The translations under genes were made by a program, and so were the position numbers. Shown piece after piece: positions 51,466 to 60,820 of a DNA stretch of 64,000 bases; within the stretch, counting starts at the first letter, position 1, and every line of letters starts with the position of its first letter. The notes beneath the pieces are model-generated. The model saw only the letters and a list, made by a program, of their open reading frames with translations. It made no database searches and was not told the DNA's origin. The stretch comes from an uncultured Verrucomicrobiota bacterium (GTDB lineage: Bacteria > Verrucomicrobiota > Verrucomicrobiia > Opitutales > Seribacteraceae), in the NCBI GenBank assembly GCA_902580225.1, contig CACHJU010000002.1, forward strand, positions 28,500-92,499, written 5' to 3'.

Positions 51466-53432
51466 TCGAAATAAATAAATATTACTCAAACATACTCTTA
51501 GGTTTTCTATGTTCTCTTCCTTGTTGGTGGGTTGTATTTTACGCTTTAGAAAATGGATTACTAAGAAGCAAGGAACCTAAATGGTTTTCACTATATTCTA
51601 ATGAAAAACTCTTGTTCTTGATTGGTTCAACTGTAGCCTGCATTTTGTGGATAAAGTATGCACAACCTCTTCTAATTCGAACTATAAACATCTCATCATT
51701 ACGTCCTCAAAAGCTCAACCCTTTTGCTCTTTTTCTCCTGCTTGCAAGCACAAGTTCATTGCTTTACATTTACAATGGAATGGAAGTTGGAGAAGATGTT
51801 GCTGGGCAAGTACTATCTTCGCATCAATACATGCAAGGCATAGATGCATATCCGAATTATGGTTCTTCTCCAATTCATGAAGACCTAAGTCAGAACAGAT
51901 CAAGTTGGAGCCCTCGCCCTCCGGGTGCTAGTTGGATTGCACTACCTGGTTTATACTTTGGTTTATCTGTTGGTGATTCTCTAAGATTATCTTTATTTAT
52001 ACTATCAACTTGTGGAGGTATTGGTTGGTTAAAGTTATCAAAACAATTTAAAATGAGCTCTGAATCTCTCATTTTATTTGCTATTCTTCTTGGTTCTGGA
52101 GTTGGACCTTCAACGATATTCTTCGGAACTATGAATTGTGCTCTTTTATGCTTAGTGCCTTGGACTATCTTATGGGCGATCTATCTTACTCAAGAACTCA
52201 TTAGCATTGAATCCTTAAAACTATTTCTTTTACTAAAACTACTCGTTTTTTCGGTCTGCCTAGGTCTCTTTTGTGTAATTAAATTATCTGGAATGATTGC
52301 GTCGCTCTCTATCGCTATAATACCCATTACCTATATTTTTTTTTACAAGAACAAAATTGATAAAAAAACTCCAAAGATTGTATGTTGTCTTTTATCTGTC
52401 TTTATTGTTTTAGGTCCTTACAAACTATTGGAAGACTTTAATGAAAAAGAAAGAGGAGCATCTTCCCACAACATGTACAAATCTATAGATTATAACCAGC
52501 AATCTTTATTATGGGGTAATTATTTTGTCGAAAGCACCCGAGGTGCGATGCTTGGGTGGAGTACTTTGGGAGCCCCTGGCTACACTCTACCAATTAAAAA
52601 GTTTGCAAACGGAATGAGAGATTTAATCAAACAGTTCAATTCTTCTAGGGTTTGGATGGATCTTAAACATCTTAATCCACATTCACTAATTTGTGGTTTT
52701 ATTGGGTTTCTTCTAACTCTTTTACTTTGTATTAATTTATGGAAAATTAAAACGGAAATGAGCTATGAATTCAAAGTTGTTTCCATAATTTTTTTAACGA
52801 TTCCTTTTATTGGACTAGCCGCAGTATCTTTTTTACATGGTTTCAATTACACTCTATATAGTTCCCACACCGTTGAATACGCACTTATCCTGTCTCTTCC
52901 AGTATGTCATTCGTTATTTCTGTTGAATAATACTAAGCAAATAACGACTATTTTGCTCTCAGGTATTTGTTTTGCTCTACCATTAACGACCAACTTTGGA
53001 TCATTAATTTACACTCCTTTCACCGAGAATGAGTTTCAAGCATCAACAACAGAAAAAGAAAGAGGATTCGCTGCTCGAGATTTCTCCGATGCAATTCAGG
53101 TTATAGAAGAAGATTCTAAAAATGAATCGGATATCCTTCTTTTTCTCCCATCTGGAGATCTAGGAGATTTGTGCCTTCGAACTCGACTTCGGACTCTAGG
53201 GTTGCATTTCGCTGGAGACAACCTTCCAAAAGCAAAGGCTTTTCGATCCTCCAAACCGCTAATAGTTTACTGTGCTTATTCTGAAACTCTTAGAGAAAAC
53301 CTAGAATTTCAAAAAGCACTTAAAGAAAGCTTCCCCCAAAATACTTCCTCAGAAGAAATTTCTAATGAAAATAATCAACATGTTGTTGTTTTAAAAATTC
53401 ACCTAGATCCGAATTATAGCTTAAATGGATAA
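51462..53432 (+). CDS. Large polytopic membrane protein, putative GT-C glycosyltransferase
   Basis: About 12+ hydrophobic segments, luminal GEDVAGQ (acidic pair) and RPPG loop, IKLSG. The frame is open from 51462 and includes an extra TM upstream of TTG 51612. Confidence 0.55.
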   Translation: MIEINKYYSNILLGFLCSLPCWWVVFYALENGLLRSKEPKWFSLYSNEKLLFLIGSTVACILWIKYAQPLLIRTINISSLRPQKLNPFALFLLLASTSSLLYIYNGMEVGEDVAGQVLSSHQYMQGIDAYPNYGSSPIHEDLSQNRSSWSPRPPGASWIALPGLYFGLSVGDSLRLSLFILSTCGGIGWLKLSKQFKMSSESLILFAILLGSGVGPSTIFFGTMNCALLCLVPWTILWAIYLTQELISIESLKLFLLLKLLVFSVCLGLFCVIKLSGMIASLSIAIIPITYIFFYKNKIDKKTPKIVCCLLSVFIVLGPYKLLEDFNEKERGASSHNMYKSIDYNQQSLLWGNYFVESTRGAMLGWSTLGAPGYTLPIKKFANGMRDLIKQFNSSRVWMDLKHLNPHSLICGFIGFLLTLLLCINLWKIKTEMSYEFKVVSIIFLTIPFIGLAAVSFLHGFNYTLYSSHTVEYALILSLPVCHSLFLLNNTKQITTILLSGICFALPLTTNFGSLIYTPFTENEFQASTTEKERGFAARDFSDAIQVIEEDSKNESDILLFLPSGDLGDLCLRTRLRTLGLHFAGDNLPKAKAFRSSKPLIVYCAYSETLRENLEFQKALKESFPQNTSSEEISNENNQHVVVLKIHLDPNYSLNG

Positions 53433-54159
53433 ACTTTCTGTAGTTATTCCAGGAAGAAATGAATCCGAAAACTTAAGTTCATGTATTTGTGGTATTGTTG
53501 ATGTGTTAAAAAAAAATCAAATCAATCATGAGGTCCTTTTCATTGACGACGGGAGTTCAGACAATACCGAAGAAAAGCTAAAAGAAATCATATCTGAACA
53601 ACCCTCCGTTCGCTATGTTAAAAATCAAGGTGAAAATGGTTTTGGGTACGCCATACGAGTAGGGCTTGAAAATTTTACCGGCGATGCTGTCTCAATCATG
53701 ATGGCAGACCAATCTGATTCGCCAAATGACTTAGTTAAATATTGGAAATGCCTTAAGGATGGACACGATTGTGCTTTTGGGAGTCGATTTATCCAAGGTA
53801 GTGTAATCTATGATTATCCCAAAATGAAGTTAATTGCCAACAGATTTGTTAACACAACGATAAGATATGCTTTTAACATCAAATATAATGATGTCACAAA
53901 TGCCTTCAAAATGTACAGGCGTGAAGTAATTGAAGGTTGTGCACCTCTTATTTCTCCGCACTTCAATTTAACCGTCGAAATTCCACTCAAAGCTATAGTT
54001 AGAGGGTATTCATGGAAAGTACTTCCCATTTCTTGGAAAAACCGTACGAAAGGAGTGGCAAAGTTAAAGTTAAGGGAAATGGGTTCACGCTACTTTTTTA
54101 TTATAGCTTATTTATGGCTCGAAAAATTTTTTAGTCGTGGAGATTACATGAAAAAATGA
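53425..54159 (+). CDS. GT2 polyprenol-phosphate glycosyltransferase (DPM1/GtrB-like)
   Basis: SVVIPGRNE, IDDGSSD, GFGYA, MADQSD, FGSRF, DVTNAFK. Confidence 0.9.
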   Translation: MDKLSVVIPGRNESENLSSCICGIVDVLKKNQINHEVLFIDDGSSDNTEEKLKEIISEQPSVRYVKNQGENGFGYAIRVGLENFTGDAVSIMMADQSDSPNDLVKYWKCLKDGHDCAFGSRFIQGSVIYDYPKMKLIANRFVNTTIRYAFNIKYNDVTNAFKMYRREVIEGCAPLISPHFNLTVEIPLKAIVRGYSWKVLPISWKNRTKGVAKLKLREMGSRYFFIIAYLWLEKFFSRGDYMKK

Positions 54160-54815
54160 GTAGCAAAAATAGTTTAACTCAAATTTACGAAAAACGTTTT
54201 TCAGGGTATGAGTCTTACAGAAATAAAGTGTGGAAATTATTAATTACTAATTTTTTCAGTAAATGGATTAATCCTGATGATCATATTTTAGATCTTGGAT
54301 GTGGTTACGGAGAATTTATTAACCATGCAAATTCTAAAGTAAAGCATGCTATGGATTTAAACCCTAAGACGAAAAGCCTTTTAAATAATGATATTATTTT
54401 TCATGAGCAGGATTGCTCCCAAGCATGGAAAATTGAATCAGAATCTCTAGACCTAGTATTCACCAGTAATTTCTTTGAACACTTACCTGACAAACAGTTC
54501 CTAAATAAAACTGTTATTGAGATAAAAAAATCCCTTAAACCAAACGGATTTTTAATTGCTATGGGACCAAATATTTCAGTTCTGAGAGGAAAATACTGGG
54601 ATTTTTGGGATCATCATGTTGCCTTATCTGATTCTTCCTTAACCGAGCTACTTGAAATACATGAGTTTAAAATCAATAGGTCCTATCCAAAATTTCTTCC
54701 TTACAATATGGTACGTGTTAAAGAACGCCCACTTTTTTTAGTGTCTCTTTATTTAAGATTTCCTTTTCTATGGACTATATTTGGGAAACAATTTCTAATA
54801 ATTGCTAAAAAGTAA
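54156..54815 (+). CDS. Class I SAM-dependent methyltransferase
   Basis: LDLGCGYGEF, SNFFEHL, LKPNG, YWDFWDH, GKQF. Confidence 0.88.
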   Translation: MSSKNSLTQIYEKRFSGYESYRNKVWKLLITNFFSKWINPDDHILDLGCGYGEFINHANSKVKHAMDLNPKTKSLLNNDIIFHEQDCSQAWKIESESLDLVFTSNFFEHLPDKQFLNKTVIEIKKSLKPNGFLIAMGPNISVLRGKYWDFWDHHVALSDSSLTELLEIHEFKINRSYPKFLPYNMVRVKERPLFLVSLYLRFPFLWTIFGKQFLIIAKK

Positions 54816-54820
54816 GAATT

Positions 54821-55855
54821 TTGATTAATAGGTCTTATTTTTTATTTATTCTTGTTTCAATCGTCTGTTCTACAGTCTTTACTTATTACTATTTTCTGTA
54901 CACTCACGAATATCCTCCCGGAAGTGCTGAAAGGATAGCAAATTACCAAGCCGATAAGGTCTTTCAAACGAGATTATTGTTACCGGTCTTGGCTAATTTT
55001 CTTGAACCTACCATTCCTTTTATCACTATTTGTTTTGAATGGCTAGTTCCCTACCCGATTGATTTCCAAGTTGTCCTTCAACTAATTAACATAATATTTT
55101 TGTCTGGTCTGTTAATTTCATTCCCTCATCTATTTGCGTACCTCAACACCAAACCCAATTATTGGACATCGCTTTTTCTGCTGATTCCAATTACTTGGAA
55201 CTATATAATTATAAACGGGTTAATAGATGGTGCAGGGCTTTTTTATTGCTACGATATACCTTCTCTTACCTTTTTTGTGTTAGGACTCATTTTTTTCTTA
55301 AAGAAAAAATGGATTTGGTTCTACCCAATATTTATACTTGGCTGCCTTAATCGGGAATCAGCATGCTTTATCAGTCTATCTGGTTTTATGTTATTATGTA
55401 ATACTTCAGTAATAAACCCAAAAACATTCTTTCAATATAATAAAAATCTCTCAAAACATATTTTTATACAGTCAATTATTTGGATTTTTCTTAGAATATA
55501 TTTAAGTTATATATCCCGTAACAATCCTGGTTTATTCTTTGAAGAACCCCATTCAATACTTGATTTTATATCGGGTCTATGGACAGGAAAAGCTCATTGG
55601 GCGATGAAGAATACTTATTGGTTTTGTACTTTATTTGCAGGGTTTTGGGTTATTCCTTTACTGCTTTATAAATATCTAAATTCTCCAGCCAAACGACTAG
55701 CTGCGGTAGGTTTTATCTACCTTATAATTTTATTTTTTAGATCTAACATGATGGAGACTCGAGTATACAATGAGTTAAATATCATAATTACACTTTGTGC
55801 TATTAGCTCGATTACATCATATGTTAAATTCAAATCAAGTCGACTCGCTCATTAA
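54821..55855 (+). CDS. Polytopic membrane protein, putative GT-C
   Basis: Many TM helices; FQTRLL.P, YDIP, LNRES, ETRVY.E. Confidence 0.55.
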   Translation: MINRSYFLFILVSIVCSTVFTYYYFLYTHEYPPGSAERIANYQADKVFQTRLLLPVLANFLEPTIPFITICFEWLVPYPIDFQVVLQLINIIFLSGLLISFPHLFAYLNTKPNYWTSLFLLIPITWNYIIINGLIDGAGLFYCYDIPSLTFFVLGLIFFLKKKWIWFYPIFILGCLNRESACFISLSGFMLLCNTSVINPKTFFQYNKNLSKHIFIQSIIWIFLRIYLSYISRNNPGLFFEEPHSILDFISGLWTGKAHWAMKNTYWFCTLFAGFWVIPLLLYKYLNSPAKRLAAVGFIYLIILFFRSNMMETRVYNELNIIITLCAISSITSYVKFKSSRLAH

Positions 55856-55895
55856 ACAGACTTGATAATTAACTATTACAAACTTTAATAGTATA

Positions 55896-56816
55896 ATGGT
55901 AAGTATGCGAAAAATTATAGCTTATTTTTATTTCAGCATAAGTTTATTAATTGATATATTTATAATAAGAAAAAAAATATTAATAGTAATCGATCAATAT
56001 GGTAGATTGGGAAATCGATTATACCTTTTCGCTCAACTGATAGAATATTCAAAAAGAACTAAGCGTGAGATTTGGATGCCTGGTTTTTATGATTATGCTG
56101 ATTTTTTTGAATCTTTTAAGGACAATAGGCTGACTAAATTTCCTATTCCAATTAAAAGATGTAAATTTTTTTTGACTAAAGAATACTTTTCTTTCTGTCA
56201 GAAATTACCTGCTATGATTAATTATTCTAGAATAAACAAATGGTTTTTATTCGTATCTTTTTATAGTGATAATGATGGTAACCCGTTTGAAAAACTGATG
56301 AAATGCTCAAAACCTTGTATATTATTTTCTGGATTTATTTTTAACAACTTTTCTTTATCAACAAAAAAATCAAAAAAGGAAATAGATGAAATATTTATTC
56401 CAAATAACAAATTCTTTCACGATATAAAAGAACCAATACAGAAACTTTTAAAAAATTCGAACATAATAGTGGGCGTTCTTATAAGACAAACAGATTATCG
56501 AGAATGGAACCAAGGAAGACATTTTTATTCTAGTAAACAATATGCGAAAATTCTTTTGAAATTTAACAAAAAATATCCACAAAAAAACATCAGTTACTTT
56601 ATTGCGTCCGATGAATCTCAAGACGAAATTTTGTTTAAAGACTTAAATTGTATTATTAGAGTCGGTTATCCACTTGAAAATATGTATACTCTTTCTAAAT
56701 GTGATTATTTAATTGGTCCTCCAAGCAGTTATATAGGTTGGTCTTCTTTTTATGGAAATATCCCCTTATTTTCAATTACATCTGAAAACGATTTGCCATG
56801 TTTTGATGAAATTTAA
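55896..56816 (+). CDS. GT11-like (alpha-1,2-fucosyltransferase family) glycosyltransferase
   Basis: GRLGNRL, GVLIRQTDY (compare HIRRGDY), ASDE, SKCDY.IG..SSY..W. Confidence 0.72.
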   Translation: MVSMRKIIAYFYFSISLLIDIFIIRKKILIVIDQYGRLGNRLYLFAQLIEYSKRTKREIWMPGFYDYADFFESFKDNRLTKFPIPIKRCKFFLTKEYFSFCQKLPAMINYSRINKWFLFVSFYSDNDGNPFEKLMKCSKPCILFSGFIFNNFSLSTKKSKKEIDEIFIPNNKFFHDIKEPIQKLLKNSNIIVGVLIRQTDYREWNQGRHFYSSKQYAKILLKFNKKYPQKNISYFIASDESQDEILFKDLNCIIRVGYPLENMYTLSKCDYLIGPPSSYIGWSSFYGNIPLFSITSENDLPCFDEI

Positions 56817-56857
56817 TGTATTTCAAAATACTAATTAATATCTTAATAAATACATAA

Positions 56858-58003
56858 ATGATTTTAAAAAAAATAGTTAAAATCCATAGTTTTATTGGAG
56901 CTACGATACTTAATTTTTTTCTTATTTTAATATTATCGAATATTTCCTTTTTTGTTATTTTCCTAATAAGAGATTATTTCAGGGAATTACCTGTTCAAGG
57001 AAAATATGAAGAGATAAATTTCGATAATTACTATCCAGAATTCAATAGGACTGAAAGAGATTTACTTTTTACAGAAACATGGAGCCGGGAATTAATTTAT
57101 GAACCTTTTACTCAGTTCACAGAACAAGAATACAATGGAAAATATCTAAATATTGATAAAAAAGGATATAGAGAATCATCTAATAATTATGAATTACAAA
57201 AAGGAATACACAAAAAAAATATTTTTATGATCGGTGGCTCAACCACCTTTGGATACGGGGTCAAAGATTCTAATACAATTTCATCTTTCTTACAAAATGA
57301 TCTAAGAAATAGAGTGCAAGAAGAAATTAATGTATATAACTTTGGACGGTCTTTTTACTATTCTTCACAGGAAAGAATACTAATCCAAAAACTAATTATG
57401 GAAAAATATATCCCTGGTATTGTAATTTTTATAGACGGACTTAATGAATTTATTCATAAAAATGATGAACCAATTTATTCCTCAACAATTCGAAACTCAT
57501 TTTTTTCTCAGAAGAAAAAACCCGAATTTAATTTGCTTTCACTTTTTAATAATACCTCAATAAAAAGGGCATTGGATTATTTTAATAAAAGATCTTCACC
57601 TAGTACTGCTTCAAATTATGACAACAACAATTATTTTGATTTCAAGAGCGTATATCTTAGGTTCCTAGAAAACAAAAAATTAACTCAAGCAGTCTTAAAT
57701 ACATACCGGATAAATAGCCTTTTCGTCTGGCAACCGATATCTAGTTACAAGTACGATCAAAAATATCATCCATTTTCAAATAAAGGATACGGTATTCATA
57801 AATACTCTGCTGAGGGTTACAAAAATTTCAACAATTACCTTAAGGTTCATAAACAAGACTCAAATTTTTTATGGTTAGCAGATATGCAAGAGAAAGAAAC
57901 TAGGTCATTGTATATAGATTTAGTACACTATTCTCCATACATGAATCAAATGATTGCTACTAAAATAGCTGATCACCTCCTAAACCTGAAAATGCTAAAT
58001 TAA
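56858..58003 (+). CDS. Membrane-anchored SGNH/GDSL hydrolase-fold protein
   Basis: N-terminal TM, NID..GYR, GGSTTFGYG, VYNFG, IDGLNE, WQP, DLVH. Confidence 0.82.
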   Translation: MILKKIVKIHSFIGATILNFFLILILSNISFFVIFLIRDYFRELPVQGKYEEINFDNYYPEFNRTERDLLFTETWSRELIYEPFTQFTEQEYNGKYLNIDKKGYRESSNNYELQKGIHKKNIFMIGGSTTFGYGVKDSNTISSFLQNDLRNRVQEEINVYNFGRSFYYSSQERILIQKLIMEKYIPGIVIFIDGLNEFIHKNDEPIYSSTIRNSFFSQKKKPEFNLLSLFNNTSIKRALDYFNKRSSPSTASNYDNNNYFDFKSVYLRFLENKKLTQAVLNTYRINSLFVWQPISSYKYDQKYHPFSNKGYGIHKYSAEGYKNFNNYLKVHKQDSNFLWLADMQEKETRSLYIDLVHYSPYMNQMIATKIADHLLNLKMLN

Positions 58004-58026
58004 TACAATCTTTTGTACATCTTAAT

Positions 58027-58833
58027 TTGAAACAACTAATAAAAAAAATTATTTCATATATTACCTATCGTTTTGGCTACAGATTTGTTTCTAAAAAATT
58101 AGTTGAGCATTCTGACGATCCCTTCATCGTCATTGCTGGATTACTCAGTAATATAGGAGTACAAACTGTGGTTGATGGCGGTGCTTCAATTGGAGATATT
58201 ACAATTAAGCTATCCAAACTTTTCAAAGACGCACAGATATATGCTTTCGAACCTTATCTTCCTTTTGTAAAAATTTTTAAGGATAAAACTAAGGACTTTT
58301 CGAACATACATCTTGAACCTTTTGCTCTAGATGAAACCGAAGAAACAAAAAGGCTAAATATAAACAATTCTGAAGGAACTAATTCGATTCTTAATGCTAA
58401 CTTGTCCGAAAACCAACCATTCGGAAGTTTGATGGAAAAAAGTGACGAGGTCGAGATTTCATGCAAAACTCTTGAAAAATGGTCAAAAAATAATAATTTA
58501 CCTACTATTGATCTTATCAAACTTGATCTTCAAGGTAATGAATTAGCTGCACTCAAAGGTGCTTTTTCTCTTTTTAAAGATAATAGTGTAAAATGCATAT
58601 TATGTGAAGTTTCGTTTATTTCCCAGTATGAGAAACAGCCATTGGCATCAGAAGTTATAAACTTTTTAACTACGCACCGTTTCGATTTATTCAATTTTTA
58701 CCAGATTCACTTCCACCACGGGCAAATAATTCAAGCAGATGCATTATTTATTCACAAATCGATCTCTCAGGATGTCTTACAAGCAAGCAAGCATTTACTT
58801 CATCCCTATTCTCAATACCTAAAATTAAGTTAA
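58027..58833 (+). CDS. FkbM-family methyltransferase
   Basis: VVDGGASIG, YAFEP, IDLIKLDLQGNE, QADALF. Confidence 0.88.
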   Translation: MKQLIKKIISYITYRFGYRFVSKKLVEHSDDPFIVIAGLLSNIGVQTVVDGGASIGDITIKLSKLFKDAQIYAFEPYLPFVKIFKDKTKDFSNIHLEPFALDETEETKRLNINNSEGTNSILNANLSENQPFGSLMEKSDEVEISCKTLEKWSKNNNLPTIDLIKLDLQGNELAALKGAFSLFKDNSVKCILCEVSFISQYEKQPLASEVINFLTTHRFDLFNFYQIHFHHGQIIQADALFIHKSISQDVLQASKHLLHPYSQYLKLS

Positions 58834-58841
58834 AAAGACAT

Positions 58842-58993
58842 ATTAAAGTTCCTGTTATCCTTGTTCCATTCATCAGACGGGATTATTCAGGAAATGCCTT
58901 TAGCGTTTAGAAAAGTTTGCTCTTCTACTTTTATACATGATGGGGAAAGTTCAAAGCGATGAAAATAAAACTACTCTTTCTCAAAGATGTAAT
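58842..58993 (+). pseudogene. Decayed remnant paralogous to the downstream glycosyltransferase
   Basis: Reads IKVPVILVPFIRRD / FRKCL*RLEKFALLLLYMMG (one frameshift, one stop), compared with TDVPVMLMAFIRPDLIKKCMRQLAKFEPPILYIMG at 59324. Confidence 0.7.
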
Positions 58994-59323
58994 GAAAGAG
59001 TGCATAAAACTTTGAAATCATCTTTCGCGGTTACTTGTGTCAAACAAACGCTCTGCTCTTTCACTCTTCAATCCATAAGACTGCGATAAAAAAGTAGATC
59101 TAGTTTTTCATCCCCCCTCGAGGTTTAGTTTTAATGTGTAATAAAGGTGAAATTTTAACTAGTTTGTAATTAATTTAGATCAGATCATCCAATCTTGCAC
59201 TAAAAAATACATTTACTACCATAAGGTCACTTTAAGCTTAATTCTTCATACCAAACAAATCGATACAAATGCGAATTTAGGTAACTGATATATCAACCTA
59301 TTTAATTAATAAATGATTATAAA

Positions 59324-60250
59324 ATGAGTACAGATGTACCTGTTATGTTAATGGCCTTCATTCGCCCAGACCTCATCAAAAAATGTATGCGACAATTAGC
59401 AAAGTTTGAACCACCAATATTGTATATTATGGGCGACGGACCAAGGAATCTGAACGAAGAAAGATTATGTGATGAATCCAGATCCATTGCATCTAATCCG
59501 AGTTGGGATTGCGAAGTAATTAAAATCTACAATAATTCAAATAAGGGAATAGTAAAATCATTTTGTACCGGGATGAATACAATGTTTAAAGAACATGAAT
59601 TCGGAATCTACCTTGAAGATGATATCTTATTATCGTCGAGTTTTTATAATTTTGCTAAGGATTTACTTATAAAATACCGCCATAATGATAATGTCGGTCA
59701 TATCAATGCGACAAATATGTCACCTGGTTACCTACCACCAAACAATGAATCATATATTTTCAGCAATCACATAGCTGAATGGGGGTTTGCTACATGGAAA
59801 AGAATGTGGGATTTATATGATGTTAAGATGATGGAATGGGCAAATGTTGATCAAAAACGAATCCTAAATAAAACATTAACTAATTTGAGGGCAAAAAAGT
59901 CATTAAATAAAATGTTTAATATTCATTATAATAATGATAACCCGCTGGCATGGGGATACCAGTGGCATTTTAACTGCCTCTTTAACAATGCATTAGCAAT
60001 TACCCCAACATCAAATATGAGTCTTAATATTGGTTTTGAGAGAGAGGATTCAACAAATACTTTCGGGATCAACCCCTTAGCACACGATTTAGAAGAAACC
60101 ACTTTTCCATTAAAGCATCCAGAAACTATCAAACAAAACCTTATCTTCGACAAGTTGGTAGAAGATAAGCTATGCCCATCAAATTTTAATATTATTAAAG
60201 GTAAGTTGAAAAATAAAATAAATTCCTTTTGCTCGAGATTTAAGAATTAA
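59324..60250 (+). CDS. GT-A nucleotide-diphospho-sugar transferase ('HlpA-like' GT2-related)
   Basis: PV...FIRPD, DGPR, YLEDD, WGFATW, WGYQW, NIGF. Confidence 0.8.
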   Translation: MSTDVPVMLMAFIRPDLIKKCMRQLAKFEPPILYIMGDGPRNLNEERLCDESRSIASNPSWDCEVIKIYNNSNKGIVKSFCTGMNTMFKEHEFGIYLEDDILLSSSFYNFAKDLLIKYRHNDNVGHINATNMSPGYLPPNNESYIFSNHIAEWGFATWKRMWDLYDVKMMEWANVDQKRILNKTLTNLRAKKSLNKMFNIHYNNDNPLAWGYQWHFNCLFNNALAITPTSNMSLNIGFEREDSTNTFGINPLAHDLEETTFPLKHPETIKQNLIFDKLVEDKLCPSNFNIIKGKLKNKINSFCSRFKN

Positions 60251-60820
60251 TATGGGGTTAGTTAATAAGGGAATCATCGGGTTAAGAGAAATAGCGATTA
60301 ATTTTTCGCCTTATCTATTACCGAAATTAACATTCCATATATCAAAGTAATTGCAAGTTTACAGTTTAAAACAAAAATTACTAAAATTTTGTTATAAAAA
60401 TATTGAAGTTGATGCCACAATGAAAATTGAAATTGATTAATAAACAAGCCTTAACCCTCATTGTTAATTTACTCAAAATTTAGGTAAACAAACAATTGCT
60501 CAAGAAACTAAAGATATAATATCGCTACTTAGTTTTTGGAGTTGTATTGAGGATAAATTTTTACAGTACAAAAATTACTCACTTGTAAAAACTCTCCTTT
60601 CGCGAACCCCTTTTCAAATCAAATCGAAAATATTAGCAAATGCTTACTAGAACATAATGATAAGCTCAAAAATGAAGTGTATTCATTTTACGATTTCCAT
60701 TCTAATATGGAATTGATTGATTCTTGAAATAACTATTAAAATTTAATTTTTATAGAGGTAAAAATCAGAGAATCATCTTTTATCAAAATTTCTCATTATA
60801 ATTTATAAAATAAAATTACC

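Noticed and set aside
59195-59222. Promoter-like TTGCAC-16bp-TACCAT
   Set aside because: Only a partial consensus match in AT-rich DNA; not distinguishable from chance.
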